Part shown: piece by piece, positions 54,199 through 64,000 of the stretch
Numbering within the stretch: position 1 is the first letter of the stretch
Layout of the letters: the number at the start of each line of letters is the position of its first letter
DNA from: Lophium mytilinum
Lineage: Eukaryota
Direction: 5' to 3'
NCBI GenBank assembly: GCA_010093605.1
Contig: MU004188.1
Location: 685,673-749,672 of the forward strand
Length of the DNA stretch: 64,000 nucleotides
Made by a program: the position numbers and the translations under genes
The notes under the pieces: generated by a model
Seen by the model: the letters and a program-made list of their open reading frames with translations, nothing else
The model's database searches: none
What the model was told of the DNA's origin: nothing

Positions 54199-54461
54199 GT
54201 TCCCCCTTACGGGTTCAGGGTTCGATACGCGTGCCCGCCAGGTATTTCTTTTTGTCGAATGCTTTCTTGGTCACCACGTGATGGCCGGGGGACTACAACT
54301 TTCACTTGAACGACGTGCATGGTTTCCAGGCTTGTGTGCTGCCATTGAACGGGAACAAGATGGAGAATGTACGTACATACATACCTGACACTTCTCCGCC
54401 GTGTGAGTATATCAAGTCGAAATACACAAGTAGATATACGCCACTAATCACCGCCACCTTC

Positions 54462-54603
54462 GCCTTTCGGGGCCTGCTCACTTTCGAGTGATGCAGTGGG
54501 GTCGGGCCTATGTGGGCTGGGCTCCAACAACGACCGAAAGGTCGACAAAAAACCCCTTTGGGTGCACCAGGGGGTTTTTAGTAAGGCTTCGGCCTGAGTT
54601 TTT
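54462..54603 (+). ncRNA. Putative Pol III structured ncRNA, array unit 2
   Basis: TAGATATA at -31, GCCTTTCGGGGC, TGATGCAGTGG, conserved 3' hairpins, T5, GATTCGATCC at 54613. Confidence 0.65.
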
Positions 54604-54737
54604 ACTGTCGAGGATTCGATCCGCATGAGCGAGTAGATTGGATGTTCCTTTTTGCTAACGGGATTTATTGCATCATATCTTTTTTCGGCCTGTGGAACTA
54701 TCCAGGTATATATACACTTCAAGCCACCGCTACCTTC

Positions 54738-54873
54738 GCCTTTCGGGGCCTGCACACTTTCGAGTGGCGCAGTGGGTCGGGTGCAATTCCACTCAGCTCT
54801 GTCGACCGAGAGGTCGTAAAAAACTCCTTGCGTGCACCAAGGGGTTTTTAGTAAGGCTTCGGCCTGAGTTTTT
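54738..54873 (+). ncRNA. Putative Pol III structured ncRNA, array unit 3
   Basis: TATATATA at -31, GCCTTTCGGGGC, consensus A box TGGCGCAGTGG, conserved 3' hairpins, T5, GGTTCGACGC at 54890, then T8. Confidence 0.7.
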
Positions 54874-55016
54874 GGCTATCTCATAGGAGGGTTCGACGCG
54901 CGTAAGCGGGTCCGCAGTTTCTTTTTTTTCGCCAACTGGATATCTCACATCTCATCTTTTTTAGCTGCATGTAGAAGTATCCAGGTATATAGACACTCCA
55001 ATTCGCTGCTGCCCTC

Positions 55017-55111
55017 GCCCTACGGGGCACCACTTGCGCAATGACGCAGTGACCCGAAGAACCCCTTGCGTGCAACAGGGGGTTTTCGTAGGGCTTCGGC
55101 CTGAGCTTTTT
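55017..55111 (+). ncRNA. Putative Pol III structured ncRNA, array unit 4
   Basis: TATATAG at -31, GCCCTACGGGGC, TGACGCAGTGA, conserved 3' hairpins, T5, GGTTCGATCC at 55133. Confidence 0.65.
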
Positions 55112-55251
55112 GCTCTTTCAAAGAAGGGATAGGGTTCGATCCGCATGAGCGGACTGGTATCTTCTTTTTGCGGATTCGGATATCTTACCCTTCATTTCCC
55201 TGCTTGTGCAACTATTCAAGTATATAGACGCTCCGATTCGCCGCCGCCTTC

Positions 55252-55364
55252 GCCGTTCGGGGCCTACAGCCGATTTTGGTGCAGTCATGCGAGAGAAATC
55301 CCGCCTTCAGAAAGCCCCTTGGGTGCAACAAGGGGTTTTCGTAGGGCTTCGGCCCGAAGTTTTT
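55252..55364 (+). ncRNA. Putative Pol III structured ncRNA, array unit 5
   Basis: TATATAG at -31, GCCGTTCGGGGC, TGGTGCAGTCA, conserved 3' hairpins, T5, AGTTCGAGAT at 55383. Confidence 0.6.
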
Positions 55365-55543
55365 GCTCTTCTGAATACCGCGAGTTCGAGATGTAGACGA
55401 GTGAGAAAAGGTTCTTCTTTTTTGCAGATAGATAGAATTTTAACTAAAAGAGTATAAGAGATAAAGAGTTTAAGAGAGAGTATGAGCCACCATGCTTACT
55501 CATACTGTGAAGTCTTTGATTTCAATATCGTACCACGCATCTC

Positions 55544-57963
55544 TCAATGAATGCCCTCCAAAAACGCAACCAACCGCTTCTTAATCACCACCCCAACCAA
55601 CGCCCCAGTCCCCTCCTCCACCACACACAGGTGCCGCAGACCCAGCTTCCCAAACATCTCCACCGCATACTCCACCGGCGCCGCCGCGCACAGCGTGATC
55701 GGCGTGCGATCCACGAACGGCGTGAGGTCCATCACCGTCTCCGCCTCATGCTCTTCCTCATGCGGACCACCCAACAGCCTCACCTCCGCATCAGCCGCGT
55801 ACACCGAGCCCAGCGCGTCCGGCTTACTGGAGAGCCCAAACGCGAGCTCGCCTTCCGCAATGTAGCCCTGCAGCATCTGCACGCTCGTTCCGGGAAGCGC
55901 CTGCACGAGCACGAGGCCCGCGTCCATAAGGCCCCTCGCGTGAAGCTGATCGAGCTTCTTTTGCAGCAGCACGCGAGGGACTTTGTTGCTCGGCGGCACT
56001 ACGACCGTGATCTCGTCCATTGTCTGCTTCGGCGGTACGAGTTCCTGCACTAACCGACTCTCTTTTCGTACGAGTAGCGTTGCGTGATCGGCGTCGAGAA
56101 ACGGGTGTCCTAGTACCGTCTGCGCGAGGTCGTATACTCCCTCCGATGAGATGGCGTCGGCGACCCATTTCGCGACTAGGATTGCGATCATGTGTGGGAC
56201 GATGTACTCGAGTTCGCCGGTGAGCTCGAACATGATTACGCAGAGGGAGATGGTCATGCGGGAGACGCCGGCGAGGAAGGCGGCTGCGCCTACCATCGCG
56301 AAGATGCCGGGGGAGATGGTGCCGATAGATTGGCCTAGCAGGCGGCCAAAGAGAGCGCCAGCGTCGAGGGCGGGGATGATCACGCCCGAGGGGACTTTGC
56401 AGCCGAAGGTGATGATCGTGAGGATGAGTTTGGTGAGGGTGCCGTAAGTGAGCCAGCCGACGTAGACCCAGCGCGCGGAAGTGCTTGAGGCAGCGTCGGC
56501 TTCGTGTGTGCAGACCCAGGAGCTGGCTGACTTGGGGGAACGACAGTCTACGAGGAGGTTCTTGATGATTGTGTCGCCTGGTTCTCGCGTCAGGGGATTG
56601 GGGTACTGAAGTAGAGTGGTGGCGAGAACGACGAGGAAGACTTCGAAAACGGGGTGGTTCTTGATGAGGCCGTAGCTGCGGAACCATTTCGACCACTTGA
56701 AGTTTGCTTTGCAGAAGATGCCACCGAAGATGCCGCCCGCGATTCCTAGCACTACGAAGACGACGTAGTGGATTGGTGAGTATGAAGTGCCGTAATTAGT
56801 CTCGAAGAGAACGAGTTTTCCTGTGCCCGTGGGATTAAGTGCTTTCAAGACCATCGCTGCGAAGAGTGAGCAGAGAAAAGCGCGCCAGAGGACTTTGCGT
56901 GGGAAGTATGTGCTGATTTCTTCGTAGCTGAATAAGACGCCGCCGATAGGTGCACCAAAAGCGACGCTGAGGCCTGATGCACACGCAGCGGAGAGTAGCT
57001 CTCGCATTTTGCGGCCATTCTCTCGGTATTTGGGAAACCAATTGCCAACAATGTAGCCCACGCAGGTAGAGATATGCACGAAAGGACCTTCTTTGCCTAG
57101 ACACATGCCTGTAGCAACGGCGAAGATGGCACCGAAGCCTTTGACAACGAGAACCTTCAGGTCCAGGAAGTTGGGGATCACAAAGCCGGAGAGAATGGTC
57201 TTGATCTCTGGGATACCGGAGCCAGCGGCCATGTACATCGATTTCCCAGCCGGCTGCGATTTGGACTTTGTGTCGTGAGGCTTGCCTGCCTTCCCTGGTG
57301 CTACAGCTGGCAACGAGCTTTTCGTGAGCATAGTTGCGCTGGAGCTGATAAGGCCGAAAAGCAACGCCCATGCTACGTAGATGGCAAATGAGGCCCAGTA
57401 ATTCTCCGACCATAGTTGGAAATGCTTGCATTGGTCTCCAATCTCGGATTGAATTCCAAGGAGAGGGGTCTTATCCTCGCAGCATGCTTCGCGATTTAGC
57501 AGTGGATTCCTGGTGCAGTAGCCCAACTTCCAGTCCGAGACAGTTGCTTCGGCCACATCCACGACAAACGCTACACAAGCCGTAAGCGTTCCTATAATCA
57601 TCACGGCAATCCATCCAGAAGAGGCTTCGAAGAGAGAAACGAGCTCGTAGCGGAGGCCTTTCCGAGATTTGATATAGCGGAACCGGTACGAATCTTTTAC
57701 CTATGAACTATCAATGCCTGCGAGTTTGGACAGCGGGAAGAGATTACCAAATCATGTAACCAGTCAATGGTCGTATAGTCGTTGTACGGCAATCTTTCCC
57801 CAACCGTACTGCCGGCCATTTGCTGCTCTTCCTTCGTAACAGCAGACGAGATGATAGACTGAGCCTCGTCCTCATGCTGCAGATGGCTCAATCTGCGATT
57901 GTTCGCAGCATGGGAGAGGAGATGCGTCCGCTCTGTTGCGGATTCGACGTCCGTAGAAGGCAT
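55544..57963 (-). CDS. CLC family chloride channel/antiporter
   Basis: DYTTIDW, GSGIPEIK, GKEGP, FGAPIGGVLF, GVIIP and C-terminal CBS motifs; intron ~57701-57748. Confidence 0.97.
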
Positions 57964-58567
57964 GGTGCATATCAGAAGATTCAAAGGCTACAGAAGCTCG
58001 AAAACACAGCCCCGAGGGGGCCTTTTGAAGGAGAGAAAACAAGACTCGAGACATATCTCCGGAGATCTGGGGTATTCTAGAGCTCCAAAGCTTGATGACG
58101 CTACTGCTAATGCTCAGATCGACCGGGGCTGGTATGGCATTCAGCTTATCGGCCCGCGGAAATGCTGGCCGGTGTGGCTGCGAGTTGGTGAAAAGGAGAT
58201 CGAGCCCAAAGATAAGGAACGGGAAGCGTGTCGATCGCGCTAAACGTGACTTCGTGTTGTGGTGGCGGCAAACATTGATAACTTCAAAGAGCAGAGGAGA
58301 ACTCAGTTGTTCATGAGGATTTATTAAGTGTATGTTTAGCACTTATCTATAGTCCAACTCACGAAAATCATGCATATGTAGTCAGAGTCACGTGATCTTC
58401 AAACTGGTAAACCATGGCATGTCTGGAAACTTTTTGAAGGCCGTTCTTTCGCTTCGTGAATCATATCCACTGCTACTAAACCCTTTTACTAGACTCTTAA
58501 CCCAGAACGGCACATCAAGTCTTGACGCTACTCGCTGCTGGGCGCATGGACGAGTCTCGAAACGGTA

Positions 58568-58872
58568 GGTCTTGGCCGCTACGCATTCGAAAAGCGTGGA
58601 GGGCAGTATTTACCACCCGTAGAGCAGCACACACATCTATGAACCAGGCGGTAGACGGCAAAGGCGGCATAGCATACGACAGCCTAGATGCAGCAAGTCG
58701 TGGCCCCACCCATGACCAGAGTGTGGAAGACCGCATCTACCACCCGTAGAGCGGCACACAGATTACCTCCCTCCTCACATCCCCCCTCGTTCCCAGAAGG
58801 GGCAAGTCTTGGCTGTCAGAAAAGTGTGGAGGGCCGTATCTGTGGCCAGGGCTTGGGTGTGGAGGGCAGATG
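58568..58872. repeat. Degenerate direct repeats (GTGGAGGG...TACCACCCGTAGAGC)
   Basis: TACCACCCGTAGAGC(A/G)GCACAC at ~58611 and ~58738; GTGTGGAGGGC at ~58824 and ~58857. Confidence 0.55.
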
Positions 58873-59909
58873 CCAAGGTGGTTAATGCGTGAGACTGGCA
58901 TTTACAAGGGGTAAGACGCATGCGGTAAGTCTAAGCGATGTGGTCCACGAACTGTGGAGAGCAGGGGCTGATGGACTGTGATAATGTCGTGATATTTGGA
59001 GCGAGATTTATGAAATAAGACAAGTGAGATGGCATCGTCTAAGGCGGCTCAGATAATTCACAGATTTCTCCAAATCACATCATTCAATTTTGCAAAGAAG
59101 CATTGAAACATGCCAAACAGTCGCGAACCGGTGTATGCCAACAATCCACAGCATACACGAATCTCATTCACGCCCACTCCACCGGGCCAATACTCTAGAA
59201 TATCAACACGCCTCCTCCTACTACCTCCAAGCACACTAATCCACAATCCGTACCCCCTCAATCCCAACAATTACCCGGATGCTGTATTGATCCAAAGTTC
59301 GCAAAAGAAGCACAAAAGCCAACCCCATTTTGGGTCTAACGCAGAATCCAAAAACATATCAAGCCGCCTGTCTTTTGAGACAATCAAGAAACAAAATGCA
59401 GTTAATCAAAACAGAAAGAACCGAGATCCAGATACCCAGAGCCCCAGTATGAACAAGTACCCAGAGGTCTGTTGTAACTCCAAAATCAAATAAAACTCCG
59501 ACTATAGTACAATATGCCTTCAGTTCCGCCGATCTCTGAGGCGAAGGTGTTCGTTCTCGCTAGTGTTGTGTGTATAATATGTATGTCGGGTAGGCGTGTT
59601 TGGGGGTGGTCGGGTATCGAGAGGGTCGTGTAGGCGGTGTATCGTGGTGTGGTATCGCATCGGTACTTCAAAGACGCAATAATGCGCTTTTAGCACGCGC
59701 TGTAGAGGAGTGATCAAGGCGCAGGGAACATTTAATACAACACATACGCTGGTATACGCAAGCGTCGTTCCACTTGCTTCTCTTCGTGTCGATCTGTTTA
59801 CCGCAAAAACCAGATGCCGTATAATGTCGGTATCGATATCGGAGCGCCTTCGAACGGTTTCCTGTGCTTCAAATCTTGAATTTAGCGCTCACGAGACCCC
59901 CCCCGAGCT

Positions 59910-61427
59910 TCATCGTACCTCTCTGCTATCTTCCTCATACTCGATGTCCATGATCGGGCTTCCTCTAGGGCTCCTCCTTAGGCTCTGTGCCGCCGCAGCA
60001 ACCGCTGCCCTCGGTTCAACGACTGGACTGTGGTCTTTGGAGCCGCCACTTCCAGGTGCTTGAGCTGATCTCGCGGATGCTGGTGTGATGGGACTTCGAC
60101 CAACGCCCTGAAGGGCACGCGGCGTAGTACTTCCGCCGCTCTCGACGCTGACGTGACGCGCACGCGGTGTGGTCTCTTTGCTTCCACCACTTCGGCTCCC
60201 GCTGCCAGCTGAGGTGCGCTGGGGAGCGCCTGCGCGGGGTGTCGTTTCTTTGCTACCACCGCTGCCGCTGCTGCGATGTCCGCCGCTGCCGCTTCGACTA
60301 CCCGCACTGTTGCGACGTTGAGCGGAAGGGCTGGTCATGATTCCACCCGAGTTGTCCGTCTTCTTGGTCCTCGTTGGGCTCTGTTGTTGTTGCGGAGCCC
60401 ACATGTTTGGCTGAGCTGAGCTTCCGTTCCCCCCTACTCCCAAACCAGGTGCACCGACGGGGCTGCCAACTCCGCTTCCCACATGCGGCGTACCCTCCCA
60501 ACTCTTTCGCTTCATCATCCGCCCTAGCACACCGACAAGCTCGGCCGCATCTTCGAATTCGGCATCGTCCATGCCCTCCTGAGCACGATAGACGTCTTTG
60601 ATGGCCTTGCGAGCTAGGCGTCGGGCGCCATCGTGATCGTGCTGGCAGTCCCACATGAAAGCGGCGTACTCGAGGGCCACCGAGAGGCGGAGGGGGTGAG
60701 AGCCATGTAGTCGTACGTTGGCATAGTCTTGGGCTGTCTTGAAGTGCGCGGCAGCTAGAGGGAGGAAATTGAGAGGTGGAAGGATGAAGGAGGATGGCTG
60801 CGGAATCGGGATGGGATTCAGGCCTGGCGGTGCTGGAGGATGTGGAGATGGTGTTCCAACAGGGCCACCTGCGGCGTACGGATTCGTGAGAAAGGAGGTC
60901 TCAGACGTGATGGACTCGATCGGCTCGCGCAGAGCTGGCTGCTTGCCACGACGAGCTGTGAATGGAGAAGCGGGATCACGGCGGGATTGGCCATTGCCTT
61001 GTCGTGGAGATAGTGGCTGTGGTAAAGGTGGTACCTCAGCAGCCCGGGCGTCGAATGTCGGAAGGCTCGAGACAGGCGGCTGGTTGTGGAACAGACAGAA
61101 GATGTGGTAGAAGCTGGCGCGCAGCTTGACACTCAGCACCTGACATTCTGGCCCTTGTTGATTGTCTTGCGCGTAGGGCAGGACATAAAGCTCGAGGATT
61201 GAGAGGCCCTCGCGTGAGATCCAGAGGATGTGTTGATACAAGGCCAGCGACTTGGTGTCGCGCGAGGTATCCAGCTTCCGTAGCTTCCGCGCTCTGAACA
61301 ACTTCCGCGAGAGGAGGACTGACAGACCGAGGAGCTGGAATAGCGAGGAAGACAAGAGAGGATTGGAGTCGCGGGTCGCTTTTGCTAAACGACCAAGGAA
61401 CTTCTGGTCCACGTCCGAAGAGGCCAT
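59910..61427 (-). CDS. Divergent fungal 14-3-3 domain protein with low-complexity tail
   Basis: KLRASFYHIF and GSHPLRLSVALEYAAF..ARRLARKAI..DAAELV (14-3-3 C-terminal helices); start MASSDVDQK. Confidence 0.85.
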   Translation of the reverse strand: MASSDVDQKFLGRLAKATRDSNPLLSSSLFQLLGLSVLLSRKLFRARKLRKLDTSRDTKSLALYQHILWISREGLSILELYVLPYAQDNQQGPECQVLSVKLRASFYHIFCLFHNQPPVSSLPTFDARAAEVPPLPQPLSPRQGNGQSRRDPASPFTARRGKQPALREPIESITSETSFLTNPYAAGGPVGTPSPHPPAPPGLNPIPIPQPSSFILPPLNFLPLAAAHFKTAQDYANVRLHGSHPLRLSVALEYAAFMWDCQHDHDGARRLARKAIKDVYRAQEGMDDAEFEDAAELVGVLGRMMKRKSWEGTPHVGSGVGSPVGAPGLGVGGNGSSAQPNMWAPQQQQSPTRTKKTDNSGGIMTSPSAQRRNSAGSRSGSGGHRSSGSGGSKETTPRAGAPQRTSAGSGSRSGGSKETTPRARHVSVESGGSTTPRALQGVGRSPITPASARSAQAPGSGGSKDHSPVVEPRAAVAAAAQSLRRSPRGSPIMDIEYEEDSREVR

Positions 61428-64000
61428 CTCTCTCAGATCTAGGAAAGTCAGCTTGACTGAAGTGGATGCATGGCTGCGTGAACGAGAATGAAGAGGTCCA
61501 AGATGAGGGCCATAGTTGCCGCCGGCCACAGACCAGCTTGCAGCCATGACGCGGTGAAAGGAGGTTGGCATAGTGAACGGATGACTTACCATTCAGCCTC
61601 GATCACCTCAGCAGCCCGATATCAGCCCTGTCAACCCTTAGCGAGTCTCCGGGGTGACAGATGCGGCGCGTGGATGATGCGCAGGCGTGAGATGAAGTGG
61701 TGAAACCTGGCCAGATGTACCCCCCGCCGTTGGTCGTTGATACGTCGAGGAGGGCCGGCCGTGCGCGTCACCTCCCGCGGCTACTGGGCTAGGCGTAGCA
61801 GACGGGCGGATATGAGGGCTATTTGGGGGGAGAAGGCGTGCGGGAGAGAAGGAGGCGTCTCGGAGATTTGTTGATTAGGCCCTGGAAAGTCAAAGAGACT
61901 ACTGATACAAGAGCGGGCAGGCGGGCGGCTGCAGACGAGGACAGTGGAGACGAGATATAGAACAGATGAAGGAGTGACAGGGCGAATCCGGATGATATCT
62001 GAAGGAAAAGTCAGAGACTGGGCGGGAGCAGCAGCGCACGCCTCACGACGGCCAGCGGACTCTGTTTGTGTACCTAATGCGGAACAAGCAGGATGAATTG
62101 GCTGCTAACTTCAACGACGGCCTCCCATTCGCCTAATCTCAGCGGGTAGAGGTCAATTGGCCAATGACAGCCTCTACAGACGAGGGCGCGGCGATTCTGG
62201 CACGTGGAGGCTAGCAGACGTCACTCATGAGGCGGCGATCGCGAGGAGGCTGGACAGTGACTTGGAGCTGGACCAGACAACGCATTGCGACGTGCGGGCT
62301 CTGGAGGGTGGTGACGAGGGCAACGGCGGATATAAAAAGGCGCGACGTTGGCAGGGCGGTGAGGGCGCGGTCAATGCTCCGTCGTCCTCCACGGCAGGCA
62401 GTGTCTCGGCGATGGGAGCCCAGCAGCAGAGCACAGGACGAGGTGCGGCCGTGTTGTGGTGAGGCCCGTGGTGGTGCCCGTGGTGGCCGAGGTCGCCTCG
62501 TTCTCGCGAACTTTTTTGGCGTGGTGGAGAGAAGCGAGCGACAGTCGGTCCGCGCGAAGAACAAGCACCCAGCACAACTGCGCACAATGGAATTGGGAGA
62601 GGAAGAGAGGGAGGTTGGGAGAGAGAGGGCGACACGACTATGGCACTGCTGCAGCAGACGGGGGCTGTCCGGAGGTGCAGCGGGTCCTGCGTCAATATGC
62701 AGCTGCGAGCTACGTGTTCGTCGCGCTATGCCCGAACAGCGCACACGACTCTGACCAGCGCCACGAGAGCGCGACGGGCCCGGCCCTGGAGGGGTTCTAG
62801 AGGGGCGCAGGGCGTCATATCTGCCAGCTGGCACTGGGGCTGGGTGGGATCGCAGAGCGCGATGGCCGTGGTGGAGGCATGGCTGGGAGCCGTGGGAGTC
62901 GACGTGGGACAGACAACACCACGACCACAATGCTCCAGTGTGGGAGGCGTTCGCGTAGCTGCAGCACCTGGGCCAGCCCTGCTCGATTCCAGGGCGCGAA
63001 CTGCTCGAGCTGGGCGCCGGAGATATGCAGGGCTGCTTGCCACGACACCCCTCGGTGGGGTCGAATACCTGAGGGCCTTTGCTCTCACGAACCGTGGACC
63101 ATTGCACCCTCCTCCTTCTCTCCCGACTCCAGCTTCAACACCTCGCCGGACCACACGATGCTCCCGACGACAGGGACATGCCCGGCAGTCTGCTCGGGCG
63201 CTGTCGATATGCGGGCAAAGTATCACCAGCAACAGCCCGCAGCGGTTCGCATCGCTCTACTTTTTCAATTGGCGGTGTAGCTCTCCTCCCATTGGCCGTC
63301 TCGTGCGTCTGCAGTTGGCCGCCAGTGTGCCAGCCTTGTGACTTTTCTCTTTCAACGTCCCTATCTCTCTCTATTTATGCCCACATTTAGACCAGTCTAG
63401 CCAGCGCGCCGCAGACCCCTCTACTGTCGTCATTCCGCATCTCAAACATTTTCCAAAATCCCCACCATCCTCAACCCCACCATTGTCAAAATTATCCCTA
63501 GTACACGGCTACCTACTCACCATCTGCGCAACGGGCCAACTCAAACTCCTCAAACTCACCGCCGCCTGATATTTCCCCCGCGAGAAGTTTGATGCGCCCC
63601 GTATCATGAGATCTGCCCATGATTATCACGCCAAGACGCAAACAACTTTACCCTCGAACCCTCATAGGTTCGCCGTCACCGACTTCCTCACCTCATCTGC
63701 AGCCCGTGAATAGTGCAGAACGCGAAACGAATACCACAGCAGAGGAGATAAATCGTTGCTGGAGCCCCGGAGGTAATGCCGGGAGGAATGGGTTTCACAT
63801 CTCAACCCTCAAGCTTCAAGATCGAACTCTTGCTCAATTTCCCTTATCACTAACACCCAAACTAACCACCGAACTCCGCCAAAGGCTGCACATTCCTCCG
63901 CCCCTCCACCACCGTGTCTCATCTCCGAAACACCCGCACCCACCCGCGCGCCGTCCTACGCAAGCCACGCCCACCACGCGCTTGCAGTGCTGCACGTACG

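Noticed and set aside
54048..55423. Array as CRISPR, tRNA cluster, 5S rDNA or U6 copies
   Set aside because: No identical short repeats or cas genes; no cloverleaf, with a T5 run between the A and B boxes; no 5S similarity; no U6 ACAGAGA/AGC core.
62157..63390. Long overlapping GC-rich ORFs on both strands
   Set aside because: Expected in GC-rich upstream DNA; Arg/Pro/Ser-biased with no motifs.

Overview
Intron-containing filamentous ascomycete (Pezizomycotina, Dothideomycete-like) chromosomal DNA. A compact housekeeping block at ~6-24 kb holds TIM44, mitochondrial uS11, a PPPDE peptidase, OLA1 with an intronic C/D snoRNA, TMA20, SGT2, LEO1, MOB2, ARF1 and a CorA-like protein. A gene-sparse accessory block at ~24-55 kb holds gene relics, a RING microprotein, an orphan AflR-type Zn2Cys6 factor, grg1, a family of four Cys-rich microproteins, an ankyrin pseudogene, an SGNH hydrolase, a Cu-only SOD, a copia relic and a NADAR gene. 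A CLC channel and a 14-3-3-like gene follow. The most striking unexplained structure is a tandem array of five diverged, highly structured units (54048-55423) between NADAR and CLC. Each has a TATA-like element exactly 31 nt upstream of a U6-like 5' hairpin, a variable insert, two co-varying hairpins, a T5 run, a B-box-like motif and a second T run; four of the five also have an A-box-like motif. This is a candidate array of Pol III non-coding RNA genes that I cannot assign to a known family. Exon boundaries were read by eye and no database searches were run.
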